Positions 50,248 through 59,978 of a DNA stretch of 64,000 bases are shown here, one piece after another. The first letter of the stretch is position 1. Every line of letters begins with the position of its first letter. The notes under the pieces were generated by a model. That model did no database searches and was not told the DNA's origin. It saw only the letters and a program-made list of their open reading frames with translations. The stretch covers positions 12,881 through 76,880 of the forward strand of contig JABIXC010000011.1 in assembly GCA_018666775.1 (NCBI GenBank). Reading direction: 5' to 3'. The translations under genes were made by a program, and so were the position numbers. Source of the stretch: Rhodospirillales bacterium. Its GTDB lineage: Bacteria > Pseudomonadota > Alphaproteobacteria > SMXQ01.

Positions 50248-51348
50248 ATGAAAATTGCCGAAATGCACATTGATCCGTGCAGCCTGTCCAAGGAAGACCC
50301 GACATGGCGGTTTGCTCTTGCCGCCAATCCCATGACGGAAGGCTGGGCCGTTTCTATCACGGCCGAAGACGGCACCACAGGCTATGGCTACGCATCATCC
50401 ATGCCCCATTACGGCGCACCCCTGGCTTCGGTAAAAGGCAATCTTGAGGGGTTTTCCGAAATTTTGATCGGCCATGATTCCAGGCGGATTGCAGAGATTA
50501 TGACCGCCTTGGACCACAAGGTGGTCGGCAACAATCAGGCCAAGGCGGCCATTGATTGTGCCCTTCACGATCTTTTGGCGCGCCGCCTTGGGGTGCCGCT
50601 TTGTGACTTGTTCGGCGGTGCATGCCGCGAAGATTTTCCATCCCTTCGTATTCTTGCCATCAAAAGCCCAAAAGATATGGCCGCAAGTGCCAGAACCCTG
50701 ATGGACAAGGGCGTGCGCCACTTCAAAATCAAGGTCCATGGCGATGTCGAAGAAGATGTTGCAAGGGTTGGGGCCATTCGCGAAGAAGTGGGCAAAGATG
50801 CCTTTCTCACCATTGATGCCAATCAGTCCTACACCCCGAAAAATGCCATCCGGGCCATCAACCGCATGGCCGATTTCGGAATTGATCTGGCCGAACAGCC
50901 CGTCCCGGCCCGGGATCTGGAAGGCCTGAAAATGGTAACCCAATCGGTTTCGGTTCCAATCGAGGCGGATGAAGCAGCCGATTCTCTCGACCAAGTCATG
51001 GCTCTGGTGCGCATGCGCGCCGTTGATGCCATCAGCCTTAAAATCACCAAATTGGGTGGCTTGCGCAACACCATCGCTGCGGCGCGCATCTGTGAAGCGG
51101 GCAACGTGCGTTACCGCATCGGCGCCCATGTCGGATCACGGCTGATTGCCGCCCATGCCATGCACATGGCGGCCACCTTGCCCGGCATCTGGTATGCCTG
51201 TGAATTAACGGAATTTGATCGCCTGCTTGATGATCCATTTGAAGGCATCGAAGTCGATAACGGCACCCTGCACCTAACCGATGCACCGGGTTGTGGCGTC
51301 AGCCCACGCAGTGACAGCGCCATTGCCCTCGCCCATCAGGCGGGCTGA
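50248..51348 (+). CDS. enolase-superfamily enzyme (mandelate racemase / muconate-lactonizing enzyme family)
   Basis: KIKVHG...LTIDANQSY and AEQP motifs with the MR/MLE barrel metal ligands. Confidence 0.8.
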   Translation: MKIAEMHIDPCSLSKEDPTWRFALAANPMTEGWAVSITAEDGTTGYGYASSMPHYGAPLASVKGNLEGFSEILIGHDSRRIAEIMTALDHKVVGNNQAKAAIDCALHDLLARRLGVPLCDLFGGACREDFPSLRILAIKSPKDMAASARTLMDKGVRHFKIKVHGDVEEDVARVGAIREEVGKDAFLTIDANQSYTPKNAIRAINRMADFGIDLAEQPVPARDLEGLKMVTQSVSVPIEADEAADSLDQVMALVRMRAVDAISLKITKLGGLRNTIAAARICEAGNVRYRIGAHVGSRLIAAHAMHMAATLPGIWYACELTEFDRLLDDPFEGIEVDNGTLHLTDAPGCGVSPRSDSAIALAHQAG

Positions 51349-51353
51349 TAAAA

Positions 51354-53483
51354 ATGTCTAGGGGTAACAAGCGCCCCCGTGCCATGGATGCCCTGATGGC
51401 GCCCCGTTCGGTTGCCGTGGTCGGCGCATCAGACAAAGCCAATGTCGGCGGGCGCATTTATCGCAACATGTTGGGTCGGGGGTTTTCTGGCCCCCTTTAT
51501 CCGGTGAACCCAAATTACAAACGCGTGGGCGGGCAGCCCTGCTGGGCCGATATTGATAGCTTGCCCGAAATCCCAGATTGCGTGGCCATCGCCGTGCCGG
51601 TTCATGGGGTGTTTGAGCCTTTGGAGGCTGCCGCCCGCAAAGGCGTGCGCGCCGCCGTGGTCATGGCAGAAGGGTTTAATGATGCAGGCACCCCTGAGGG
51701 GCGCGCCCGAACCGCGCGCCTGAAAAAGCTCGCCGTCAAATATGACATGGCCATATCGGGTCCTAATTCCATGGGCATCGTCAGCCTTAATCGAAACTTT
51801 GCCACGGCCTTTACCAATCTGCCCGATGGCTTGATCCCGGGGGCTGTTTCGGTGGTATCCCAATCGGGCGGATTGCTCAATGCCACAATCGAACTTGGCC
51901 ATAACCGATCCATCGGGTTCAACCACCTGATATCGGCAGGCAATGAAGCCATCGTCAACAGTGCCGATTACATCACCTGGCTGGCCGATGATTCCAAAAC
52001 CAAAGTCATCATCAACATCGTTGAAGGCGTGGTTGATGGCAGGCGTTACGCCGCCGCCCTTCGCTATGCCAACACCAAAAAACCGGTGGTGGTTTTAAAA
52101 CTGGGGCGCACCGATGCGGGCCGCCGGGCCGCCATTGCTCATACCGGCAGCCTGTCTGGAGATCAGGCCGCCTGGGACGCGATGATGGAAACCACTGGGG
52201 CCATATCGGTGGAAAGCGTTGACCAGTTGATTGAAACGGCAAACCTGTTTTCAAAACTTAAGCCCCCCAAAGGGGACCGGGTATTTATCTTTTCAGTCTC
52301 GGGCGGGGCCACGGTATTGGCCGGTGATCTGGCCAGAAAAGCGGGGCTCCGATTGCCGCCGCTTTCGGAAAAAACCAGCCGGGCATTGGGCAAAATTCTT
52401 GGCGTTGACCGTAAATTTCAAAATCCCATGGATGTGGTTGGTGCGCCCCGGCTGGTGCGCGACGACAACCTCACGCGCTGTCTTGATGTTTTGGCAAAAG
52501 ACACCGCTTTTGATGCCATCGCCCTGGTTATGGTGGTGCAACGCGACACCTCTGCCAGCCACAAGATTTTGCACGAACAATTTCACACCAAAACACCAAC
52601 GATAAAAAAACCGGTGATTATGGTTTCCGAAATGGCATGGACCCCGGCATTAAGGCCCGCCCCCGGGGGGCCAGCAGTCGCCGCCACCCTGGATGACGGT
52701 TTGCTGGCCATTCGCCATTTGGTGGATTATGGCGCACACAAAAAGCCTAAAGCGCCCGCGCGCGCGCGCCGGACGATTGACCTGAATTTGGTACAATCTG
52801 GCCCCCTCACAGAACCCGAAAGCGCCGGGCTTTTGGCGGAAAAAGCGAACCTGCCCTTCGCCCGTTGGGAATATGTCAAAACACCCGCTGACGCCATCAA
52901 AGCAGCAAAAAAGATGGGCTTTCCGGTTGCCCTGAAAGGGGTTGCACGCGGATTGGTCCACAAAACTGAAGCCCATGGGGTTCATCTTGACCTTCAAACC
53001 GGGGCTGGCGTTAAACAAGCCGCCATTAATATCGCCCGCGCCGTCAAACGCCACGCACCCAAAGCCCAGTGGGAAGGCTTCATGGTCCAAAAAATGATTG
53101 AAGCCCCCGCTGGCAGTGTCGAGATGATTTTAGGCGCGCGATTTGATCCACAATTTGGCCCCCTGTTGGTGATCGGTGCGGGTGGAAAATTCGCAGAATT
53201 ATTCGACGATAGCCAAACCATGCTGGCCCCTATCACGGCGTCTCAGGCACGCGCAGCACTTAGCCGCCTTAAAGTCGACCGGCTGCTGCGGGGGTTCCGG
53301 GGAAGCCCCGCACTGGATCGGGCGGCATTGATCAAAACAATGGTGAATTTTTCACGGTTTATTGCTGCCACCGAAGGCCAAATTCTCGAAATCGACCTCA
53401 ACCCCGTGATCGTTTTGCCGAAAATGGGCAAAAAAAGCGGCGTGGTCATTGTCGATGCACTCGTCGTCCCCAAAAGTCGCTAG
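51354..53483 (+). CDS. ADP-forming acyl-CoA synthetase (fused CoA-binding, succinyl-CoA-synthetase-like and ATP-grasp domains)
   Basis: A 709 aa protein with an N-terminal RSVAVVGAS CoA-binding Rossmann motif and a C-terminal ATP-grasp domain. Confidence 0.85.
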   Translation: MSRGNKRPRAMDALMAPRSVAVVGASDKANVGGRIYRNMLGRGFSGPLYPVNPNYKRVGGQPCWADIDSLPEIPDCVAIAVPVHGVFEPLEAAARKGVRAAVVMAEGFNDAGTPEGRARTARLKKLAVKYDMAISGPNSMGIVSLNRNFATAFTNLPDGLIPGAVSVVSQSGGLLNATIELGHNRSIGFNHLISAGNEAIVNSADYITWLADDSKTKVIINIVEGVVDGRRYAAALRYANTKKPVVVLKLGRTDAGRRAAIAHTGSLSGDQAAWDAMMETTGAISVESVDQLIETANLFSKLKPPKGDRVFIFSVSGGATVLAGDLARKAGLRLPPLSEKTSRALGKILGVDRKFQNPMDVVGAPRLVRDDNLTRCLDVLAKDTAFDAIALVMVVQRDTSASHKILHEQFHTKTPTIKKPVIMVSEMAWTPALRPAPGGPAVAATLDDGLLAIRHLVDYGAHKKPKAPARARRTIDLNLVQSGPLTEPESAGLLAEKANLPFARWEYVKTPADAIKAAKKMGFPVALKGVARGLVHKTEAHGVHLDLQTGAGVKQAAINIARAVKRHAPKAQWEGFMVQKMIEAPAGSVEMILGARFDPQFGPLLVIGAGGKFAELFDDSQTMLAPITASQARAALSRLKVDRLLRGFRGSPALDRAALIKTMVNFSRFIAATEGQILEIDLNPVIVLPKMGKKSGVVIVDALVVPKSR

Positions 53484-53512
53484 AATGACACCAAATCTGG
53501 GAGGAAAAAACC

Positions 53513-54028
53513 ATGACGGATTTGCCAAAAGCACCTAAAAAATCAGACCCTATCCCTTGGGACGGGGATCACGATGCAAAACCCAGCTTTTTTAAAATGA
53601 AGGCGCAATTGCTTGATGGGGGCAACACGGAAACGCCGCTCGCCATCGGTGATCATCTTTGGCTCAAGATCAAGGTCTATGCCAAAGGCGGCGAAAACCA
53701 GCTTCATGCCCACCCCCACCAAGACCATTCATTTATCGTTCTTGATGGGCGCGCCTGTTTCCACGGGCCTCGGGATGAACAAAAGGAACTGGGGAAGGGT
53801 GAGGGGATTTTCCTGCCCAAGGGCAGTTTTTACTGGTTTGAAACCATCAGTGAAGAACCATTGGTTTTGCTTCGCGTCGGTGCTACCGAAGCCGATGTCG
53901 CGAGCCAAGACACCAAACACCCAGACACACGCATCATGCCCGATGGCAGCTGGCAGGTCCGTCGCGGACGGAGCGACACCTTTGTGTCAAAAGACATCGA
54001 TTATCGTGATGGGGAATTTTACGAATAA
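53513..54028 (+). CDS. cupin-domain protein
   Basis: LHAHPHQDHSFIVLDGRA...GEGIFLPKGSFYWFE, a two-motif cupin signature. Confidence 0.7.
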   Translation: MTDLPKAPKKSDPIPWDGDHDAKPSFFKMKAQLLDGGNTETPLAIGDHLWLKIKVYAKGGENQLHAHPHQDHSFIVLDGRACFHGPRDEQKELGKGEGIFLPKGSFYWFETISEEPLVLLRVGATEADVASQDTKHPDTRIMPDGSWQVRRGRSDTFVSKDIDYRDGEFYE

Positions 54029-54037
54029 AGAAAAAAA

Positions 54038-54077
54038 TTGCGTGCGCGAAAGCGATTAATCGCCTGCGCGCACGCAA
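54038..54077. terminator. nested 40-bp palindrome (11-bp outer arms TTGCGTGCGCG / CGCGCACGCAA enclosing a 12-bp GCGATTAATCGC palindrome) between convergent genes; likely a bidirectional terminator
   Basis: Read directly. It is flanked by an A7 run and AAAAT. Confidence 0.45.
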
Positions 54078-54082
54078 AATAC

Positions 54083-54892
54083 TCAGTGTTCGGTGATGTC
54101 GAGCCAGGTGCCGTCGGGATCGCACATCTGGTATTCACCGGTTGCCCATTGGCGGAAAAAACCGGCGCGAACGTCGGCTTCTTTTGCACCGCCCAGGTTC
54201 ACAGGGGCCAAATATTGGTTGGCACCGGTTGCGTCTTTCACGTCTTGTTTGAGCTGTTCAATGCTTTCAACCTTCAGGCCAATGTGATCGGGGCCGGGCC
54301 GTTTGATGACCATGCCTTCGAGCACGCCAATGGACCACGGCATCAAGGCCAAGGTCACACGACCATCGGTCAATTCGACCGAGCCGTTATCGGGTTGTTT
54401 GTTGGAAAGCTTCAATTCAAACACGTCTTGATAAAAATCAGCGACCCTTTGAACATTCGGAGTGCGGATCGCAAATTTGTTAAGATAGCGATCCTGATTC
54501 CAGCTTTCCTTTGCCGATTCGGCATACATGTTGGAACGCTTGTCGTCCTTTTTCTGGGCAAGATCGAAGATATTACAATCAGGATCATTACCGCTATAGG
54601 CCGCAAAAGGCCGGGTCGAAGGCCGCTTGACCAGATCGGAATCTGGCCATTTTTTCTGGATGCGCGCCAAAACTTCTTCGACATCATCGACGACAAACCC
54701 AAAATGATCGAGCCCGCCTGAACAGCCATCGCGTTTTGGGTTGATGTTGATGCCGGCATAACCGTCACTACAAACGACCCCGTGAAATGGACGGTGTGTC
54801 CCGGTTTTAAGGCCGAATACGGCTTCATAGAACCGGCCAACCATGGGGTAATTACTGCTGGCCATGGCCATATGATTGATAGATGCAAACAT
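54083..54892 (-). CDS. two-domain VOC family protein (glyoxalase / extradiol-dioxygenase fold)
   Basis: 269 aa with two beta-alpha-beta-beta-beta modules (YEAVFGLK, YQDVFELK). Confidence 0.7.
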   Translation of the reverse strand: MFASINHMAMASSNYPMVGRFYEAVFGLKTGTHRPFHGVVCSDGYAGININPKRDGCSGGLDHFGFVVDDVEEVLARIQKKWPDSDLVKRPSTRPFAAYSGNDPDCNIFDLAQKKDDKRSNMYAESAKESWNQDRYLNKFAIRTPNVQRVADFYQDVFELKLSNKQPDNGSVELTDGRVTLALMPWSIGVLEGMVIKRPGPDHIGLKVESIEQLKQDVKDATGANQYLAPVNLGGAKEADVRAGFFRQWATGEYQMCDPDGTWLDITEH

Positions 54893-54936
54893 ATTTTTAT
54901 CTCCCTAAAATAAGGTCTCCGCCTCTTTGAAAAAAA

Positions 54937-55989
54937 CTAGATGCCGTAGAGCGCTTTGGCATTGGCGTTGAGAATTTTCTCTGCCACCTCTGCCGACACT
55001 TTGCCGTCATCTTTCAATTTGCGCAGAGCTTCGATCTCAGCCGAGGTATCGGCATGGCCGTAATCCGTGCCGACCACCAATTGGCCATCGCCTGCGTATT
55101 TCAGCACATATTCCAGATCATCTGTCACCTGACAGGCGACAAACATGTTGTTATCGGCCATGGCGGTATCAGACAGTCTTTTGCCTTTGCGCTTGAACCG
55201 GATCGCAAGATCATTCAGCGCATAGGGAATCCACTGTGAACTAACCTCAACAAAGCCCCAGCGCAATTTCGGGAACATCCCAGGCACACCCTTCATCAAC
55301 AAGGAATGGAAGGCGCTGACCACGGGCAATTTTGAACGTCCAAAGCCTGCTTCGGATGCGTAGATATCGCGCACACCGAATGAATTGTTTCCGGAATGGA
55401 AACAAATCGGCATATCCAGTTCTTGGGCCTTTTCGTACATCGGATAAAAATAAGGATCATCCAGACGGCGTTCGCATTCAAGACCACGGATAAAGATTCC
55501 GACGGCGCCATTTTCCTTGCCAAATTCCAGTTCTTCCATGGTTTTATCCATGGACATAAGCGGTGGCATCACGACCCATTTAAGGCGGTCCGGTGCCTTG
55601 CTCCAGATATCTGCCAACCACCGATTATATGATTTGCAAATGGCCGCCTCGGCCAACGCGTTCTGGGTCCAGGCCCGCAAAAAAACCGTGGGATAAAGAA
55701 CCTGAACATCAATGTTGAGCTCGTCCATGTGATCGAGGCGAATTTTAACATCAACCATCTCGCGGGAATCTTTGGTCGTGTTATGGCCGACATTGCCTTC
55801 TTTTGGCTGGATGCGGCCATCAATGGCCCAAAATTCCTTTTGAATGTGTTTGCCTTCGTTATCCAGTTGGCCCGCATCTTCATTCTTGTGAAGGATCACC
55901 TGTGGCTTCAGGTGTTCATATTCTGGGTCCATATAATCAAAGGTTCTTTCACACTCGACAACATGAGCATCGGAATCGATCGCTCCCAT
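54937..55989 (-). CDS. amidohydrolase-2 family protein (PF04909), paralog C
   Basis: IDSDAHVVE, MDELNIDVQVLYPTVFLR and VGTDYGHADTSAEI. About 50% identical to paralogs A and D. Confidence 0.85.
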   Translation of the reverse strand: MGAIDSDAHVVECERTFDYMDPEYEHLKPQVILHKNEDAGQLDNEGKHIQKEFWAIDGRIQPKEGNVGHNTTKDSREMVDVKIRLDHMDELNIDVQVLYPTVFLRAWTQNALAEAAICKSYNRWLADIWSKAPDRLKWVVMPPLMSMDKTMEELEFGKENGAVGIFIRGLECERRLDDPYFYPMYEKAQELDMPICFHSGNNSFGVRDIYASEAGFGRSKLPVVSAFHSLLMKGVPGMFPKLRWGFVEVSSQWIPYALNDLAIRFKRKGKRLSDTAMADNNMFVACQVTDDLEYVLKYAGDGQLVVGTDYGHADTSAEIEALRKLKDDGKVSAEVAEKILNANAKALYGI

Positions 55990-56201
55990 AGGGTTCTCCT
56001 TGTACGCTTTGTTTGTACTTGATCAGATGGGGCCATTTTACTTCGCTTTCTAATGGATTGGAAGGGGTCTTGCGCACAAGACCCAAAAAATGAGCATTTT
56101 AGCCAGTATTGCCTGCCCGGTCTTTGGGCGATACATTGGAAACAATCCGCAACAATGCGGGGAATACATCACAAGAACGATTTTCACAGGAACCACCCCC
56201 C

Positions 56202-57347
56202 ATGACTGCTGCCCTTGATGACATCACCATTTTAGAATTCGCCTCATACGTATCGGGGCCATATGCCGGTATGTTGCTGGGGGATCTTGGCGCAGAAATC
56301 ATCAAGATCGAAGACAACAAATCCGGCGATTCCTTCCGCGGTTGGGGTGCCGCTGATTATTCCGCCACCTTTGGGTCCGTTAATCGCAACAAGAAAAGCA
56401 TCATTTTAGACCTTAAATCCGAAGAAGGCCGGGCCGCCGCACTGGCTTTGGCCGAAACCGCCGATGTGGTGATTGAAAATTTCCGCCCCGGCGCCATGGA
56501 TCGTTTGGGGCTTGGCTATGATGCCTTGGCTGCCATTAATCCACGGCTGATTTATTGTTCCATCACCGGCTTTGGCCGCACCGGGCCGTATGCTGATCGC
56601 CCGGGATACGACACCGTGGGTCAAGCCATGGGTGGGTTGCTGTCCGTGCTGACCGATCTTGAAAAACCTCAGCCCATGGGCATTTCCCTATCCGATCACC
56701 TGACCGGCATCATGGCCACCTATGGCATTTTGGGCGCGTTAATGGCGCGCACGAAAACCGGCAAGGGCCAGCGCGTTGAAACATCGCTTTTGTCTTCGAC
56801 CCTTGCCTTTTTGGGTGAAAATGCCGCACGGTATTTCGAAGAAGGGAATGTTCCGGCCCGCAAGACCCGCACCGAAACAGCCCAAGTGTATGCCTTTGTC
56901 GACAGCGAGGAAAAACCCTTCGTCGTGCATCTATCATCGCCCCCTAAATTCTGGAAGGGCCTGTGCGATGTTGCCGGTCACCCGGAATGGGTTGAGGATG
57001 AACGGTTCAAGGACAAGGCTGCACGGCGTAAATCATACGATATCCTCCATGCCGGGTTTCAAGACATCTTCAAGGCCAAACCCCGCGACCATTGGCTGGA
57101 TGCCTTGCGCAAAGCCGATGTGCCATCGGCCCCCATTTACACCCTGGACGAAGCCCTGGCGGATCCACAAGTGCAACACCTTGATATGGTGACCGAGCTG
57201 GATCATCCCAAAGTGGGGAAGGTCAAATTGCTGACGGGGGCTGTAAAGTTTTCGGACACACCGGTGGAAATCAAAACCCCGGCACCGATGCATGGCCAAC
57301 ACACTGCTGAAATTCTTGCCCGCCTGAAAAACAGGGAGACAAAATGA
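56202..57347 (+). CDS. family III CoA-transferase (CaiB/BaiF)
   Basis: ILEFASYVSGPYAGMLLGDLGAEIIKIE N-terminal signature. The stop overlaps the start of the next gene. Confidence 0.85.
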   Translation: MTAALDDITILEFASYVSGPYAGMLLGDLGAEIIKIEDNKSGDSFRGWGAADYSATFGSVNRNKKSIILDLKSEEGRAAALALAETADVVIENFRPGAMDRLGLGYDALAAINPRLIYCSITGFGRTGPYADRPGYDTVGQAMGGLLSVLTDLEKPQPMGISLSDHLTGIMATYGILGALMARTKTGKGQRVETSLLSSTLAFLGENAARYFEEGNVPARKTRTETAQVYAFVDSEEKPFVVHLSSPPKFWKGLCDVAGHPEWVEDERFKDKAARRKSYDILHAGFQDIFKAKPRDHWLDALRKADVPSAPIYTLDEALADPQVQHLDMVTELDHPKVGKVKLLTGAVKFSDTPVEIKTPAPMHGQHTAEILARLKNRETK

Positions 57348-58537
57348 ACACCCCCATCGCCAATCCTGCCTTGCGGGATAAATATGCCGTCGTCGGCACC
57401 GGGGTATCACAGCTCGGCAAGGTGCCAGAGCAAAGCGCCCTTGGCCTGACCGAAGACGCCTGTGCCAATGCCCTTATTGATGCCGGGCTGAGCGCCAAAG
57501 ACATCGATGGTCTGTTGATCCGGGGACCCGATGACATTTACACCTTTCATCAAGTGGTCGGCGAACGGCTTGGCATTAATGCCAGCTTTTCCACCACCAC
57601 GGCCAATGGCGGTGCCAGCCAGATCCTGTCCGTCATCATGGCGGTCATGGCCATTGATGCAGGCCTGGCCACCACGGTCTTGTGCGGGTATGGCCGCAAT
57701 GCCTGGTCACGGTCGCATGCCAATGAAACCACCAAACTGCGGTCATCAACCCGGTCTGAAGAAATGGATTCGTCCGAATTTGGCCCCGAATACGGGCTTT
57801 ACGGTGCCCCCGCCATGCATGCCTTCGGGGCCCAGCGCCACATGCATGAATTTGGCACCACCCGCGAACAGTTTGGCGCCATATCATTGGCCTTTCGCGA
57901 ACACGCCATGCGCAACCCGGTGGCCCAGATGCGCGACAAACCGTTATCCATGGAAGATTATCTGGCCGCCCGCATGATCGTCGATCCGTTCTGTCTGCTT
58001 GATTGCAGCCTGCGATCCGATGCGGCAGGCGCAGTCATTGTCACGTCAGCTGAGCGGGCCAAAGATATGAAACAAACCCCTGTGTTGATCAAGGGCTTTG
58101 GCACCCACAATAATTTGCAAGGCTGGTTTGCGGGCGACAACATGATCCGCACCGCCGCCGGGCCATCGGGCAAAACGGCCTATGCCATGGCCGGCCTTTC
58201 CCCCAGCGATATATCCTGTGCCCAGATTTATGACTGCTTCACCTACATGGTTTTGGCCCAGCTAGAAGATTATGGCTTCTGTGAAAAGGGTGCCGGCGGG
58301 GCATTTGTTGAATCGGGCGCATTGGCCCTGAACGGTGCCTTGCCCACCAACACCTCTGGTGGCCAATTGTCCGAAGCCCATGCCGAAGGCATGTTGCAAA
58401 TCGTTGAAGGCGTGCGCCAATTACAAGGTATTTATGGCCCCGATCGACAGGTCAAAAATGCCGAAACCTGCCTTGTATCGGGCCATGGTGGCAACACTGT
58501 GTGCCATTCAACCCTGATTTTGGGGGTCGCATCATGA
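57344..58537 (+). CDS. thiolase-fold protein (SCP-x / lipid-transfer-like thiolase, a DUF35 partner)
   Basis: A 397 aa thiolase-like protein with a C-terminal GHGGN motif. It is translationally coupled to the OB-fold gene. Confidence 0.8.
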   Translation: MNTPIANPALRDKYAVVGTGVSQLGKVPEQSALGLTEDACANALIDAGLSAKDIDGLLIRGPDDIYTFHQVVGERLGINASFSTTTANGGASQILSVIMAVMAIDAGLATTVLCGYGRNAWSRSHANETTKLRSSTRSEEMDSSEFGPEYGLYGAPAMHAFGAQRHMHEFGTTREQFGAISLAFREHAMRNPVAQMRDKPLSMEDYLAARMIVDPFCLLDCSLRSDAAGAVIVTSAERAKDMKQTPVLIKGFGTHNNLQGWFAGDNMIRTAAGPSGKTAYAMAGLSPSDISCAQIYDCFTYMVLAQLEDYGFCEKGAGGAFVESGALALNGALPTNTSGGQLSEAHAEGMLQIVEGVRQLQGIYGPDRQVKNAETCLVSGHGGNTVCHSTLILGVAS

Positions 58538-58941
58538 CCGAATACACCAAACCCCTGCCCCGCCCATCGACAGAAACGAAGCCGTTTTGGGATGGCGCAA
58601 AAGCGCATCAGTTTTTGATCCAGAAATGCAATGATTGTGGGAAATTCTGGTTCCCCCCCTCTACCCGCTGCATCCATTGCTTGTCGGAAAACCATGGCTG
58701 GGTCGAAGTATCGGGAAAGGGCCGCGTGTTTTCCTTCGTCACCTATCACCGCATGTATCACAAGGGCTGGAAAGATGACCTGCCCTACGTTGTTGCTGTG
58801 ATTGAACTGGAAGAAGGGCCAAGGCTGTTGTCCAACATCACCAACTGCGCCCCCGAAGACGTCAAATGCGATATGGCCGTGAAGGTCGTGTTTGACGATG
58901 TCACCGAAGACACCACCTTGCCAAAATTCAGCCCGGTATAA
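58534..58941 (+). CDS. Zn-ribbon / OB-fold protein (DUF35 family)
   Basis: A CNDCGKFWFPPSTRCIHC rubredoxin-like ribbon followed by an OB fold. Confidence 0.75.
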   Translation: MTEYTKPLPRPSTETKPFWDGAKAHQFLIQKCNDCGKFWFPPSTRCIHCLSENHGWVEVSGKGRVFSFVTYHRMYHKGWKDDLPYVVAVIELEEGPRLLSNITNCAPEDVKCDMAVKVVFDDVTEDTTLPKFSPV

Positions 58942-58949
58942 CGCGCCGT

Positions 58950-59936
58950 TTATTTGCCGTTGGAATCGGCGTTCATCTCGGCCAGATCGTCGCGATGGGA
59001 CACCCAGCTTTGGGCTTCGATAAAGACCCGGGTCACCTGAGGATAGGTGGTTTTGATTTCCTTTTCCATGACACTGATGGCGCTTTCAACCCCATCGGAT
59101 GTAATGCCGCCCAGAAAATCGAGGCTGATGTTCACCAAAACATCCTTGGGCCCCATATGCATGGTCAGGACTTCGTTGATGGAAAGGATGCCTTTTTGTT
59201 GGACCAGAATGGATCGAATGCCATTGACGACTTCCACGCTGGCCGCTTCGCCCACCAACAATCCCTTGCTTTCATAGGCGAGTAAAATTGCCGTCCCGGC
59301 CAAAATCACACCAATGACCACCGATGCCACCCCATCAAGGATCGGCAGATCAAAATATTGTGCCGCGCCAATCCCGACAAAGGCCGCAAACAGGCCCAAC
59401 ATGGCTGCGGAATCTTCGAATAAAACGGTAAAGATTGTTGGGTCTTTGGAATGGCGCACTTCTTCGAACCAACCACGCCTACCTTTGACCCGGCCAAATT
59501 CACGGACCGCGATCAACCAGGCTGCACCTTCAAACACCATGGCAAACCCAAGGACGATGTAGTTCACTTGTGCATTCACGATCGGTTGAGGATGCAAAAT
59601 TTTGCCGACCCCTTCATAAATGGAAACCCCGGCGCCCAAGGCAAAGACCAGGATTGCCACCACGAAGGTCCAGAAATAAAGTTCCATGCCATAGCCAAAG
59701 GGGTGGCCTTCATCGGCCGGGCGGGCGGCGGCACGGATGCCATAGAGCAGCAGCACCTGATTGCCCGTATCCACAACAGAGTGAACTGCTTCGGACAGCA
59801 TGGCCGAAGAGCCTGTATAAAAAGCGGCCACAAATTTGGTGACGGCAATGACCGAATTACCAAAAAGGGCCGCATAGATTACTTTTTTAGATGCTGGTGA
59901 TGCCATAATTCGCTCAAAGCCTAGCAGGGCAGTCAT
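58950..59936 (-). CDS. cation diffusion facilitator family transporter
   Basis: Six transmembrane helices with HSVVDTGNQ metal-site residues and a cytoplasmic C-terminal domain. Confidence 0.85.
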   Translation of the reverse strand: MTALLGFERIMASPASKKVIYAALFGNSVIAVTKFVAAFYTGSSAMLSEAVHSVVDTGNQVLLLYGIRAAARPADEGHPFGYGMELYFWTFVVAILVFALGAGVSIYEGVGKILHPQPIVNAQVNYIVLGFAMVFEGAAWLIAVREFGRVKGRRGWFEEVRHSKDPTIFTVLFEDSAAMLGLFAAFVGIGAAQYFDLPILDGVASVVIGVILAGTAILLAYESKGLLVGEAASVEVVNGIRSILVQQKGILSINEVLTMHMGPKDVLVNISLDFLGGITSDGVESAISVMEKEIKTTYPQVTRVFIEAQSWVSHRDDLAEMNADSNGK

Positions 59937-59978
59937 TGGACATAAAGAAAATTTAAAATCTGTGAAAATTAAACCGGG

